The notes under the pieces: generated by a model
What the model was told of the DNA's origin: nothing
The model's database searches: none
The model's input: the letters and a program-made list of their open reading frames with translations, nothing else
Made by a program: the position numbers and the translations under genes
DNA from: Vicugna vicugna
Taxonomy: Eukaryota
Assembly: GCA_013265495.1 (NCBI GenBank)
Contig: MU058037.1
Coordinates: 1 to 64,000 of the forward strand
Direction of reading: 5' to 3'
DNA length: 64,000 bases
Part shown: positions 12,651 through 26,520 of the stretch, piece by piece
How positions within the stretch are numbered: position 1 is the first letter of the stretch
Layout of the letters: every line of letters begins with the position of its first letter

Positions 12651-14744
12651 AACTTTAGATTTGCTCACTTAATATGATGGTTTTCCACAACTTTGTTGCA
12701 CATTCCTTTGTAGAGTCGGGTTGGGGAACTATTCCTTCTCTTGATTCAACAATATTTATGGAGCACTTAATGTATATGAGACATTGTACAGAATTATACA
12801 GAGGACTAAAAATTGAATGAATTGAATGATTAAAAATAGTTCTTGACCTCTAGGAATTGTGATATGAAAATGGATTTCAAAATTGCAATCTCAAGATTTC
12901 TCTACAATTTCTTTTTCTTGACCTTTAACTGGTGTACTGACTGAAACAAAGGAAATGATGTTATGGTAACACTGAAAGTCAGAGATGACACATTGTTGAC
13001 AATTCAGTTTTAGCAGTATTAGGCGATCCTCTAAATAAAAAAATACAATCCTACACTGCTAAAGCATCAAATGTCATTTTATCTCATGTTCTTGTCCAAT
13101 TTTTATCTATGTCCATATTGCTGTAACAGATGGCAATCAGAGCATAGTTACAATTTTGAATTCTGCTTTTAAATTATCACTCTACTGTGTATGTTTCCAT
13201 TTTTTAGACAATCTTCATAATTATTGTGAATAACTTAAGAGTACTATACTGAGCTGATGTATCATAAATTACAAAATAGTTTTCATATTGTGTAACTTTT
13301 AGGTTATTTATTAATGTTTACCATTATATATAATACTTCAGTGAAAATCTGCTGACAGTTTTTTTCCTGTTGAAATACTTCCTTTTATAAATTCTCAGTA
13401 GCAGGATTTCTGCTATTCAACCAAAGAGGCTAAATTTTTTTGTGGCTCTTCTTGTCTCTGACACTTCTTTTCTTTGTGGTACCTAGAGCAGAGAGAGCTG
13501 TTTAAATATTCATGTTAGAGGAAGTGGAGAGATGAAAAAAAGATACTAGGTGTCCCTTAAACCTTTTTCCTATTACTCCAATAGCATGGATTAATGTAAG
13601 AGGCCAGTAAATGATCACGTTGGGAATCACCAAGAATCTAGCCTGAAGGAGGCAAGATATAGGGCATCTGGGCAGGCTTATTCTCTGGGCCTGGGAGTAA
13701 GGGTCCCAGTATACTTCCTGGTGAGATGTGTGGCATGCTCCACGTAGTATGAAGTAGACAGATGGGAATACTGTCTGGCAAGTTTTCACTAGTGTTGTCC
13801 TTGGCTTCCTGGGCCTGATGGACCTGCTCAGGTCAGCCAGGAACTCTTATACACTGCTGCTTATGTAGAGCTGGGCTGTCATTTGAATGTGTCATCATCT
13901 GCTCCAGTGGTCCCTAAGTGACTTGGCATTATGCTGACTGATGGTCAAAGAGAGAAATTCTGGGTGTTCTTGCTACAGCTGAGGACTGTTGTCTGCTTCA
14001 GAAATTCCCAGGTACCCCCAACTCTATGGTTTTAATTTAAACAATACAGAGGAAAAATATACAGTTGAAGACAGTTTCTAGATACCCATTTGATTAAGTA
14101 ATTACTTAGTTACTTAATTCAATATTAGTTAACAAACACATAAAAGCATTTTTTTTCAGGGGTTGCCATGTACTAGTCTTGTTTCAGGTGCTAAGACTTG
14201 ATACCAGCCCTTGGGAAAGTGGTCTGTGACACAATATTATACTGTAACTGTAACTATATTGTTCTTCAGAATAAGAACAGGAAGTCGAAACTCCAGATTT
14301 GTTTTGTAGTTTATAATCATGCATTTCCAAAAAGGATTCAAGGATCATAATCCAAGCCATGTCATGAGTAGCCCTTTTATGCATACACTTTCTCTCATTT
14401 GAAAGCGTATTTTTAACAGCCCTAAACTCACCACCCTAAGTTCACTCCAATTTGTAACCTCTTCCTTCAAAACCTGATTCAAAGCTTACTTACCCTGAGA
14501 TATTTTCTTAGTTAAATCCCATCTGTTTCTGATTTCTGCATACAGGATTCCTTGGTATTTATGATGGAGAGTTAGATTATCCTGAATATATTTGAATTTT
14601 GGTGTATATAAATTTGTATATCTTAATCTAAGTTCTGTTGAAATATAACATGCATACAGAAGAAGGAACCTGTTGTAAGTGTACAACTCAATTAATTTGT
14701 ACAAAGTGGACATTCCATGTAACCAGTACCCAGACCAAGAAACA

Positions 14745-16670
14745 GTGCCCCTCTGGAATCACCACATGCCCTCACACTTTGTTCCCTGTACCACTAGATC
14801 CAGGGTCACAGCACACTCCAGCATGACCCTACCCATAGGTAGAGGTCTTTCTAACTGAAATTAGTCCCTAAAGTCTGGAAGAGGTGACTGTATCCTCAAA
14901 TGAGCAGACACCTACACAAAGCCACAGGGATCAAGAAGAATCAGGGAATCATGACACCACCAAAGGAACATAGTAAACTTCTAGTAACTGACCCCAAAGA
15001 AATGGAGGTACACGAATTGTTTAACAAGACAATTCAAATAATTGTTTTAAAGAGGCTCATAGATCTGCAAGAAAACAGGTAAACAATTAAATTAAATTAG
15101 GAAAACAAGTGGGGGAGGGTATAGCTCAAGTGGTAGAGCACATGCTTAGCATGCACAAGGTAATGGGTTCAATCCCCAGTACCTCTTCTAAAAAAATAAA
15201 ATAAAATAAGTAAATGAATAAAACCTAATTACCTCCCCTTCAAAAAATATTTTTAAAAATTAGGAAAACAATATAAGCACAAAATGAAATGTTCAACAAA
15301 GAGATAGAAAACATAAAAAAGAACCATACAGAAATTTTGGAGCAAGAGAATACAATGATTGAACTGAATTGAATAGAGATTTTAAATAGCAGACTGGACC
15401 ACACAGAAGAAAGAATCAGTGAACTCGAAGACAGATCATTTAAAGTAATCCAATCAGAGGAGCAAAAAGAAAAAAAGAATGAAAAGGAATGAAGAAAAAA
15501 GCCTATGGTATTTAGGCACACCATTAAGAAAAATGATCTAATGTCATTGGAGTCCCAGAAGGAGAAGAGAGGGAAATGGGGACAGAAGGCTTATTTAAAC
15601 AAATAATGGTTGAGAACTTCTCAAACTTGGGGGGAGATTTGGACATACAAGTTCATAAAGTTAATAGGCCACCTTCAGATTTCAGTACAGAACAGTCTTC
15701 TGCAAGACACATTATAATGCAACTATCTAAAATTAAAGAAAGGAGAATTTTAAAGGCAACAAGAGAAAAAAATTCTCTCATACAAGGGAACACTTAATAA
15801 GGCAGTGAGCAGATTTCTCAGCAAATACCTTGCAGGCCAGAAGAGAGTGAGCAGATATATTCAAAATGCTGAAAGCAAAAAATCTGCCAACCAAGAATAT
15901 TTTATCCAGTAAAATTGTCCAGCAGAAGAAATGAAGGTGAGATAAAGACTTTACAAAACAAACATAAGTTGAAGGACTTCATCACCATTATTCTTGCCTT
16001 ACAAGAAACGCTGAAAAGACTTCTTCAAGCTAAAACAAAATGATGCAGATTGCTAACATTAAAACATAAAAAATTTACAACACACCGGTAAATGTACATA
16101 TATAGTAAAATTTTGAATGATCTAATACTGTAATGTGATTGTGTGTTAACTACTTAACTCTAGTATAAAGATTAAAGGACTAGAGTGTTAAAAATAGCTA
16201 TAGTTATAATGATTTTGTAATTGATGCACAATATAAAAAGGTATAAATTGTTACATCAAAACCATAAGATATGGGAAGGAGAGTAGAAGGGTAGAGTTTT
16301 TATATGTAATCAGAATTAAGTTGAAATTAGCTTAAAATTGACTGCTTTATCTGTAAGATGTTTCAAGTAAGCCTCAGGGTAACTACGGTACTAAAACCTA
16401 TAGTAGATATATGCAAGGTAAAGAGAAGGGAATAAAAGTATAATACTATGGAAAAATCATTTCACAAAGGAATACAGAAAGAAAGAAAGAGAGGAAGAAA
16501 AGAACTACAAAACAGTTGGAGAACAATTAACAATATGGCAAAATGAATAATAAAAATGAAATAAAACAAAATGCGTATGATCATCTCAATAGACACATGA
16601 AAAGCATTTGGCATAATACAACATCCTTTCATGATGAAAACATTAAACAAGTTAAGTATAGAAGGAACAT
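14745..16670 (+). mobile_element. Old L1 5' portion: end of 5'UTR, degraded ORF1, inter-ORF region, then a short ORF2 RT piece
   Basis: ORF1-like peptides (MTPPKEHSK..., LFKQIMVENFSNL...RHIIMQLSKIKE); RT-like atgatcatctcaatagac...aaagcatttg at ~16577-16610. Confidence 0.9.
15109..15256 (+). mobile_element. Camelid-type tRNA-derived SINE (Vic-1-like) inserted in L1 ORF1
   Basis: A box TAGCTCAAGTGG, B box GGTTCAATCCC, A-rich tail; 15-bp TSD aaattaggaaaacaa at 15094-15108 and 15257-15271. Confidence 0.9.
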
Positions 16671-17067
16671 TGAGCTTAGCAAGAATGTTACGGGAGAATT
16701 TTAAATAGGGTGAGTTAATTGGAGGCTAGAAAGGAAGGACGAATTGAGGATAGCACTATTTTCTTTCCTCAACTTTGGGACCATGTGCACTGGCTTTTTC
16801 TTTTTCCTTCTCCTATCATTTTGTTGGTCCTTTTGGGACATTTTTGCCTTAGCTTCAATTTGAATATCTATATCCAGTGTAGAGAGGAAATTAAAATCAT
16901 TTATCCTCTTATGATTGGTAAACTGCATCTACAAGTTAAACTGGAAAAAGACAGTTTAACAGGACAAAAAACCTATAGAATTTATTTATTCATGTCACAT
17001 GCATGTATGTGGTGGAGCCCAATGATAAATAACTCAGAGGAGTGGTTATAATTTGGGGCTTATATAC

Positions 17068-18335
17068 TGTTAGCAGATAGTGAGACCCCTAAATCGGGAA
17101 GCCCACAAAAAGATGAGTCCTTGCCACTGGCTGTAAAAGAATTCACAGCAGAGGTGGAGGGACAAAGTGAAAAGCTACTTTATTGCTCAAAAAAGGAGAA
17201 GGAAAGAAAGCGCTCCAGCTGGAGCTGTCAGCTCAGATGGCCAGTTGAGATAGCTCCAGCTCTGGGTTGGGCCACGTGGACATTTATTAGAAGCTTCTGC
17301 CATTATGTCTTCCTTCTGGGTGTGTTGCCGAAAGATCGGCCCCTGTCCCTGATGAGCCAAAGAATTCAGAGACTGGGTCTTGGAGCTTAGAAGAAAAGAC
17401 GCAACTTTATTGCTTTGCTGGGCAAAGGGGACTCACAGCAGGCTAGTGCCTTCAAAACTGTGAGCCCACCTTGGGGATGGGGCAGGGTGGTTATATAGCC
17501 ATAGCTCAAACAATAAAGCAGAATCATTTTCTCATCAGAAGACTTAGAATGGCGTCACGATGCCTCCAGGTGACCAATTCTGTAGAGGCTAGTGGTTGTC
17601 CCTCTTTCCATCTCTTTATCTGATAAGCACCCAAGGTGTGGTCTTCTTGGTAATTCAGGCTATTTTGTAAGGTTACAGTCCTGTGACCTTCTCCTTAGAG
17701 AACAACTCAGAGACCAAGCATGATTATTGCTTTCGATTACTGAAATAAAGAAGAAACAGTAAGATCAACAGCTTTAGTTTTAACAGTGGGCCTGGAGCTG
17801 TGGGTAGCAACCGGTCAGTCAGGTTTCTTGACTGTTCTAAGGGCAAGCATAAGAATAAGCAATCTATTAGCCTAAGTGTGGCCATTTTATTACTCCTCCT
17901 TCAGGTGTGCTAGAACCAATCACTTTTTCCATCCTTGGGTTGGCTTTTCCGATTGTTGTCATGGCAGCCGTCAACTGTCATGGTGTGTCATTGAGCATAC
18001 TAATACATAACAAGGAGCATATAATGAGGCTTAAGGTCCACTGGATGTCAAATCCTCCTCCATCTTGGATCTAGTTGTTTTTAACCAGTTTTCCTTCTAG
18101 GGCTAGGGGAGAGATCTGGTCATCATTCAGTTAGCTTTTTCCCTCTGATGACAATTGTAGTATCCGTAAAAACATCTCAGGAATGTGCATCAGACCATGA
18201 GTCTGTGACTATTGTCCTAATCATCAACTGCTTGAGCCTGCTGTTTTATGACTCAGGAAGGCCTGGGAGATTAGGTTTTCTATAACCAAGAGGCAGAGGT
18301 TGGGTATGGGGCCTGAAGGGTCCTAGTCGGTTTCA
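17068..18335 (-). mobile_element. Middle ERV1-class solo LTR, split into 17068-17322 and 17908-18335
   Basis: TG...CA ends; 4-bp TSD ATAC (17064-17067, 18336-18339); AATAAA on minus strand near 17180. Confidence 0.85.
17323..17903 (-). mobile_element. Inner ERV1-class solo LTR (581 bp)
   Basis: TG...CA ends; 4-bp TSD GGTG (17319-17322, 17904-17907); minus-strand TATATAA near 17495 and AATAAA near 17408. Confidence 0.88.
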
Positions 18336-20259
18336 ATACCATCTTAACGAAGGTCAGCATTTTGTGAAGAAGTGACTAGACAAAGGAAAGAGTGACTTGG
18401 ACTTCTAAGGGTGGTAAATTGTGGCAAGGCAACTAGGAAATGTATGGTAGATAAGGATTGTTTAGTAAAGTTTGTTACGCAGATAGGAGTCACTCTTTTC
18501 CTGGTATGGGAGAGAGAACACCTTTACAAATGATGAGTTATGACACCCTTCCAAATAGAAATTTATGTCCTGCTTTTAGGCAGAAAGCAGGAGGACATAG
18601 AGTTCCTTCTGTGTCTGGTGTTTCTTAATAGTGTTCAATTCAAAATAATCGTTATGCCAAAGTGGCATCTTTGGGGTGGCATTCTGATACCCTTCACCAG
18701 TAGGACTTAAGCAGTTTAGCCATGAACTTTCTGTACTTGTTAAACTAAAGGAACATCCAAATGGCAAGGTGCATTTTTTAAAATAATAATTTGAAATGTA
18801 AAATGTTAAGTTCAGGAGAATAGCGAACATTTTTTGCATCACCAGTGACAGTTCTGAAAGGGTTATCACCCCCACCCTGCCTATCTATTAATCTGGAGAC
18901 AAACTACATAAATAACATGCCCTGCTATTAATTCTGAGATGATATTAGTTTGTAGTTAAGAATTACAGACTCTGGATTCACATTTTCTGGGTTCAAAAAC
19001 CCACTTCCTAAATTATCTTTAACAGAAGAAAGTTTAGGGTTTTAGCGGAATAGGCCATTGTCAATAATAGAGCTTTGTAGAATTACAGGGAGTTGATCGC
19101 TGAATATATCTCTTGCTGAATTCTGGCAAAATCAAACAAAAAACATGATATCAGGGTGTTTTATTCGAGTCTTTCAGCCTGTGGGCCCTTCAGATTTTTG
19201 GGTGTTTTTTGGGCACAGCTATAACCATTGCTTGATTCTCTTTAATGACAATATTGGACTTAATATAACAATAATAAAGAAATGCTCACTGTAAGATGAG
19301 CAAGACATTAGCCCCACAGAACCAGTTGGAACATGTTCTCCAACAGAAGGTGATTAGTGCTGGAAGAAGGTGTGGGTTAAGCACTCTAGAAAAGCAAAAA
19401 CTATAACTATCATAGTTTCCTATAGATATATCCAGGTAGAGTGAAAAGCTGAAAGAGACCTTAAGAGATCTAAACCAGTGGGTTTGCAGTCCTAGATCAC
19501 CTGAAGGGGTGTTAGGAATGGTCTTTGCCCAAGATTTATCCCAGAGATATTTGACTGGGGAGGGGCTTGGACAGTCTCCAGAAATTCTAATGTGCATCTA
19601 ATTAGGGTTGCACTAATATAAACCAAATGTAACTTTTCTGAAATGCAGAGGTGTTAGAACAGATTCCCCAAGCTATGCAGCTGTGTGTTGTAGTAGGGCT
19701 GGCTCTAGGCCTGGTGCTTTTTCTATTATACCTTTCTTCCTGATTTATTACCTTGGCAAATTCTATCTCTCACTTCCCCTTCATCCTTATTCACAATCCT
19801 GCCTTTTGACTTGACAAAGCAAAAAGTCTTCTGGCAGTGAAATGGTGTGTTTTGGCTCCAAGAGGTAAATTACTTCTTACAGACAAGCACTTTTCCTCCA
19901 AGGGGAGCATATTTTACTTACCTCCCTTCATAGCACCATGGGGGTTCCAGAGAGATGTTAAGCAGCAGGAATTCTTTGGTTGATAAAGAAGGCATTGTAT
20001 TAAAAGGGTATGACAGCTCTTTGGAAATACAAAGAGAAAACAATTTTAGGAGCCTCCTGAATCTTGTTACATTTTGGTTTGGAAATGAATTCTGAGTTCT
20101 TGGGGTTTTTCTGGAACATATGATTTATTTCTAAGATAGAAGTCTTTCAAAAAACTCTACTTTGCAGGACTTTTATGCTTCTGATGAGCTTCTAAAGAGT
20201 GATATTATAGAAGTATTTATGAGACTGGTAATGGTTACATGGGGAAGATGTAGAACTTT

Positions 20260-21065
20260 CTAAATTTAAACAGTATTTCGAGCGTATAGAAAAGAGTAGA
20301 AGAAAATATAATGAATAACTGTGTACCTGCCTCTAGCTTTTACAAATCTTAATAATATACTGTAATTATAATACAATGCAATATGATATAATTTGGAATA
20401 TAAAAACTTTTTACTAGAAAAAAATTCAAAAATTCACTAAAGTAAATATATAGTATGATAAGTACTCACATAGCTTTACTCACATAGCTTTTTCTCCAGC
20501 TTTAGAAATTATTAACATTTTGCCGATCTATTTTTCATCTGTCCCCATCTACCTCCTTTTCTTATATTACTAGAATATTTAAAAAAAGAATCCTAGACAT
20601 CAAGTAGTTTCAGTTGTAAATATTTTGGTATGCATCACTGAGGTTTGTTTGTTTCACATGACCACCATGCTGTTATTGTACTTAACAAAAATAGTGGACA
20701 TTTCTTAACATTGTCTAATATCTAGCCCATAATCAAATTTCCCCAGTTCTCTCAGTTTTTTAAAAACAATTGTTTGGTATAACAACTCTTTATCATAAAA
20801 AATTTTAAATCTTATCCAAAGTGGAAAGAATAGTATAACGTACCCAATATTCCATCACCTAGCTTCAACAATCAGACAAACAGTTTTTACGAACCGAAAA
20901 CATTATTGTACACCTCTTCTGCTGTCTGTATTTGGTGTTTTTCATTTCTGAGAATGTTTTAAATAATGTTATTACGTGTGGGTAATATATAATGTAACAA
21001 TAAATATATGGTGTTTGTATGCTTTGAACCATACTTGAATGTTACACCTATTCTTTGTCATTATG
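20260..21065 (-). mobile_element. Several old L1ME/MC-like 3'-end fragments
   Basis: Repeated aaagtggaaagaatagtataac...ccatcacctagcttcaaca-type motifs. Confidence 0.55.
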
Positions 21066-21067
21066 TC

Positions 21068-21547
21068 TGTCAACTAAAATAAATGCGCAGCCTAAAAGTT
21101 GAGAGTTATGTTTTATTTGGCAGGAAGACTCAAGCCAGGATGACAGCCTCTCATATCGCTCTGAGGGACTGCTCTGAAGAGGTAAGGGAGGAGCTAGGAT
21201 ATATAGGAGCTTTACAACAAAGACCAGGTAGTTGGAACAATAAAGGATTACTTGTTATCTAAAGAAAAATAGGCATCTCAAGTTAAAGAATTTAGTGCTT
21301 TTCTATGTATGGGAGGAAGCAAACATTTGGGCTCATTGAATTCATTCCTTTGACAAGTGTCTAGCTATCTAGGGCCAGCATCCTGTCCTTTCTTACTCTT
21401 GAGTCCTCTCAGAGGGCACCACTGTGAGTGGCTGCAGAGGCTGGGCTGCAGGCTTGTCTTCACTGGGGGGTGGCGGCAGCGGCTGATGACTTGACGGTTT
21501 CAGCGTTCTTTGTTTACTTATATGGTTTGCAGTATTTTTCATTCACC
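21068..21547 (-). mobile_element. ERV1-class solo LTR (480 bp)
   Basis: Starts TGTCAAC; 4-bp TSD TGTC (21064-21067, 21548-21551); minus-strand TATATAT near 21202 and AATAAA near 21114. Confidence 0.85.
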
Positions 21548-21644
21548 TGTCTTTTTCACTTGACATCATGCGTTTTTAGGTTTATTTTTAAATGTTCCTT
21601 CTGTGGGTCAACAATTTTGGCTGGGCTCAGCTTTTTCTGCGTCA

Positions 21645-24600
21645 GTTGAGATGATCATATATTCTTTTTCCTTCATTCTGTTAATGTAGTGTATTACAGT
21701 GATCAATTTTTGTATGTTGAATCATCTCTGCCTTCCAGGATTAAATCTCACTCCATCACTGTGTATAATCTTTTTAATATGCTGTTAAATTCAGTTTGGT
21801 AATATTTTCTTGAGGATTTTTGCATCTATTCATAAGGGACATTGGTCTGTAGTTTTATTTTCTTGTAGTTGTTTTTGGCTTAGTATCAGGATAGTGCTGG
21901 CCTCATAGAATCAGTTAGGAAATGTTTCTTTATCTTCAGTTTTTTTTTTAATAAGAGTTTGAGAAGGATTGGTGTTAGTTCTTTAAAGGTTTGGTATAAT
22001 TCACCATTAAGACATTAGGTTTAGGTCTTTGTTGGGAGATTTTCAATTACTGATGCCATCTTCTTACGTTTATAGGCTTATTCAGATTTTCTGTTTTTTT
22101 TTTAACTTTTTTTATTGAGTTACAGTCACTTTACAATGTTGTGTCAAATTCCAGTGTAGAGCACAATTTTTCAGTTATACATGAACATACATACATTCAT
22201 TGTCACAGTCTCTTTCTCTGTGAGCCACCACAAGGTCCTGTATATATTTTCCTCTGCTGCACAGTACAATCTTGTTTATCTATTCTACATTTTGAAATCC
22301 TAGTCTGTCCCCTCTCACCCCCCATCCCCCTGGCAACCACAAGTTTGTATTCTATGTCTATGAGTCTGTTTCTGTTTTGTATTTATGTTCTTTTTTTTTT
22401 TAGATTCCACATATGAGCAATCTCATATGTTATTTTTCTTTCTCTTTCTGGCTTACTTCACTTAGAATGACATTCTCCAGGGACATCCATGTTGCTGCAA
22501 ATGGCGTTATGTTGTCGGTTTTTATGGCTGAGTAGTATTCCATTGTATAAATATACTGCTGCTTCTTTATCCAGTCATCTGTTGATGGACATTTAGGCTG
22601 TTTCCATGTCTTGGCTACTGTAAATAGTGCTACTGTGAACATTGGGTTGCAGGTGTCATCCTGAAGTATGGTTCCTTCTGGATATATGCCCAGGAGCAGG
22701 ATTCCTGGGTCATATGGTAAGTCTGTTCCTAGTCTTTTGAGGAATCTCCATACTGTTTTCCACAGTGGCTGCACCAACCTGCATTCCCACCAGCAGTGTA
22801 GGAGGGTTCCCTTTTCTCCACAGCCTCTCCAACATTTGTCATTTGTGGACTTCTGAATGATGGCCATTGTGACTGGTGTGAGGTGATACCTCATTGTAGG
22901 TTTATTCAGATTTTCTATTTCTTTGTGATTCAGTTTTGATAAATTTGTATGTCTAGGAATTCATCTGTTTCCTCTAGGCTGCCTTTCTGGCATATAGTTA
23001 GGTGTTCATAATATTCTCTTATAATCCTTCTAATTTTGTAAGGTGAGCAATAATAATACCTCCACTTTGATTTTTAAATATTATTTGTGTCTTCTTTCTT
23101 TTTCTTTGTCGTTGTAACTAATGGTTTGTCATTTATGTTGCTGTCTTAAAATAAAAACTATGGTTTTATTGAACTACTGTTTTAAAAAATTCTCTTGTTT
23201 ATCTCTGCTGTAATATTTATTATTTTTTCCTTCTGCTAGCTTTGTTTATTTTGCTCTTTCTCTAGCTTCTCAAGGTGTAAAGTTAATTTTGATTTGAGAT
23301 CTTTCTTCTTTTTTAATGTATGCATTTATATCTGTAAATTTTCATCAGAGCCCTGCCTTCACTGTATTCCATAAATTTTGGTATATTGTGTTTTTCTTTA
23401 ATTAATCTCTAAGCAGTTTGTAAGTTACACTGTGATTTCTACATGTGTGTGCATTTCTCATTTTTATTCTGTTACTGGTTTTTATATTCCTTCCATTGTG
23501 GTCAGAGAAAACATTTTGTATGATTTAAATCTTTTAAAATTTGAGATTTGTTTTGCAGCCTAACACATGATCTATGCTGGAGAATGTTCCAGGTCCACTT
23601 TAGAAGAAAGCATTTTCTGTTAGGTCTGGTTGGTTTATAATATTGTTCCACTGTTTCCTTACTGGTCTTCTATTTATTCTATCCATTTTTGAAAGTGGGG
23701 TATTTAATTCTGCAACTATTGTTGTAGAACTGTCTACTGTCATCTGTCAGTGTTGCTTTGTATATTTTGGGGGCTCTGTTGTTTGATATATATATATGTA
23801 TTTATAATTTACATATCTTGATGAATTGACCCTCTTATCAATATATAACTTCCTTTGTGTTTTGTAATGGTTTTTTACTTAAACTATTTTGTCTGATATT
23901 AGTATAACCAGCCTAGCTTTCTTTTAGCATACTATACATTGATTAAATTCTACAATTTAATAAGGCATAGATTGTATTATTTTTAGATTCCACATTCTAT
24001 ACCTTTAAATTGCATAATTTAATCCATTAAAGTTTAAAGTAATTAATGATAAAGAAGCAATTACTTCTGCCATTTTATTATTTATTTTCTGTTTTTATGA
24101 CACCTATTTTATTCTTTATTTTCTCCATTACTGCCTTTTGTGTATAGTTGACCTTTGTAGTGAACCTTTTATACCCTTTTCTTTCCTTTTATGTATAGTT
24201 TTAAAAACATTTTCTTAGTAGTTACCATGAATGTTACATTTAATAGGCTAAATTTATGAATTGATACCAACTTAACTTCAATAGCATACAGAAACTGCTC
24301 CTATACAGCTTCTTTGTGATCCCTTTACATTGTTTTTGTTGCAGCTGTAAATTTATACATTCTGTGCCCAGCAGTGTAGCTTATGATAATTTGTCATGCA
24401 TGTCTTTTCAGTCCTGTAAGAAGTGACATGTGGAGATGTAAACAAAAAATACAATAATATTGTCTTATATTTGTCCATATATTTAACTTTACCAGAGATC
24501 TTTATATCTTTATACAGCTTTGAGTTACTGTCTAGTGTACTTTCATTTCAGACTGAATGACTCTGTTTGACATTTCTTATAGGGCAGATCTAGTTGTGAT

Positions 24601-26520
24601 GAATTCCCTCAGGTTTTGTTTATCTGGAGATATTTTAATTTCGCTCACATTTTCAGAATACATTTTAGTCAGGTATAGAATTCATGTGACAGTTTTATTT
24701 TTCTTCCAGCACTTTAAATATGTCATCTTACTGCCTTCTATCCTTCATAGTTCTGATGTGAAATTGGCTGTTAATCTTATTGACGATCTCTTCTATGTGG
24801 CTAGTTGTTTCTGTCTTGCTTCTTTAAGATTCTCTCTTTGCCTTACACAGTTTAGTTATGTGTTTCCGTGTTGGTCTCTTTGAGATTTTCCTACTTGAAG
24901 TTCGTTGAATTTCTTCTATGCACAGATTTGTACTTTCATCACATTTGGCAAGTGTTTGGCCATTTTTTTCCCCAAATATTCTTTCTTCCCCTTTCTTTCT
25001 CTCTTCTGCTTTTGAAACCCCCATGATGCATTTATTGGTCTACTTGATGGTGTCCCACAGGTCACTTGTACTTTGTTCACTTTTCTTAATTATTTTTTCT
25101 TTCTTTTCCCTGAATTCAGTAATTTCAATTGCCCTATTTTCAAGATTGCTGGCTCTTTAACCTCATCACATTTGCTGTTGAATCCCTTTAGTGACTTTTT
25201 CATTGCACTTATTGTTCTTTTCAGCTCTAGAATTTCAGTTTGATTTATTTTATAACCTATTTTTTATTGATTTTCTCACTTTGTTCAGATATATTTTTCC
25301 TGATTGTTTTAGTTCTTTCTCCATGTTTTCCTTTATCTCTTTGAGTATATTTAAGACAGTTGTTTTAAAGTCTTTCTCTAGTAAGTCTGATACCTATGTT
25401 TCTTCAAAGATGATTTCTGGAGATTTATTTTGCTCCTTTGAATGGGGCATACTTTGCTCTTTCTTTGTATGCTTTATGATTTTTTTGTGTGTGCAAAACA
25501 GACATTCGAATGTTGCAGCTCTGGAAACCAGACCCTCCTCTTTCCTCAGGGTTTGATTTTTTTATTGTTGAAGGCCATAATAGTTCATTTGTCTAGTGAC
25601 TTTCCCAAATTATTCTTGCAATGACTGTTTTCCTTGATGTGTATGTTCTCTGAAATCTCTGTCTCTTAGCTGAGTTCAGCTAGTGTGTTAACATATTTCT
25701 TGAATGCCAGGAGCCAAAAACAACAAGCAAATAAGAAAAACCAAATCCCAAACTAAACAATATAAATGAAAACATCTCTCCAAGCCTTTACACATTGGCT
25801 TTGTTCTGTGATTCTCTTTCCACACTTAACCTGGCTTGCACTGAGCCTAGGGATTGGCCCAAGGTGAAAAATTAGAGTCTTCTCAGTTCTTTTCTGAGCA
25901 TGCATCTTGCCCTGGGCATGTGCGCAACTTACTAAATTCCCCCATATACACAGGAAAAAAGGCAGTATATGTCCTAATTTCCAAAAAAAAAATTCTCTCA
26001 CACCTTTGCTCCTGGTACTTACGCAGTTTATTATATATTTCAACATTAATCTTTAGTCCTAGGTGTCAGTGGGTTGTTAGTTCGACTTCCAGTGTTTCTG
26101 AGCAGTACCTTCTACTTTTCTGGCCTTAGTCTAAGTTACGTGAAAGGGAGATAAATACCTTGTATCAGTCCTTTGGATAACCCCCAGACAGATTAGAACA
26201 GACATACACAATAATTCGTAAATAGGGTCTGCTTTGTTTTCTCTTTGACCAGGAACCAGAGTCCCACACTGAACATGGGCTAAGACTCCTGCTATGCCAG
26301 AGATGGCTGGGGGTAAGGATAAGTAAAAACTCCACAAAGCTTTCTTGGCTCTTTTGATACTACCTTTTTTCCTGATTCAGTGTCTACTTAATTGCTATAA
26401 ACCTTTGACTGTTTTCCAAAGTCCTGAGATAATTATTTTTCATAGTTTCTGCTTGTTTTCTGATGTTTCTATTGAGGAATAAGAGATTGGAGCTGCCTAC
26501 TCTGCCATTTTTTTTCTCTA
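21645..26520 (-). mobile_element. Old L1 5' half (5'UTR, ORF1, EN to RT part of ORF2), interrupted by a young L1
   Basis: Antisense ORF2 (gagatgatcatat...tgaggatttttgcatctat) and ORF1-like peptide (GVSKAEERKKGEERIF...PTRKHI). Confidence 0.9.
22093..22899 (-). mobile_element. Young 5'-truncated L1 (~0.8 kb) with the ORF2 C-terminus
   Basis: ORF 22430-22894 MRYHLTPV...CWRGC...HCWWEC; poly-T tail; TSD tagg(c/t)ttattcagattttct at 22073-22092 and 22897-22916. Confidence 0.96.

Larger units (their letters stand above)
16878..18696 (-). mobile_element. Outer ERV1 solo LTR (MER34-like), split into 16878-17067 and 18340-18696
   Basis: TG...CA ends; 4-bp TSD CCAG (16874-16877, 18697-18700); minus strand starts tgaagggtatcagaatgccaccccaaag. 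Confidence 0.85.

Noticed and set aside
15111..15185. tRNA gene
   Set aside because: It has an A-rich tail and TSD and is a SINE head.
20464..20491. 14-bp tandem duplication actcacatagcttt
   Set aside because: Ordinary slippage duplication inside an old L1 fragment.
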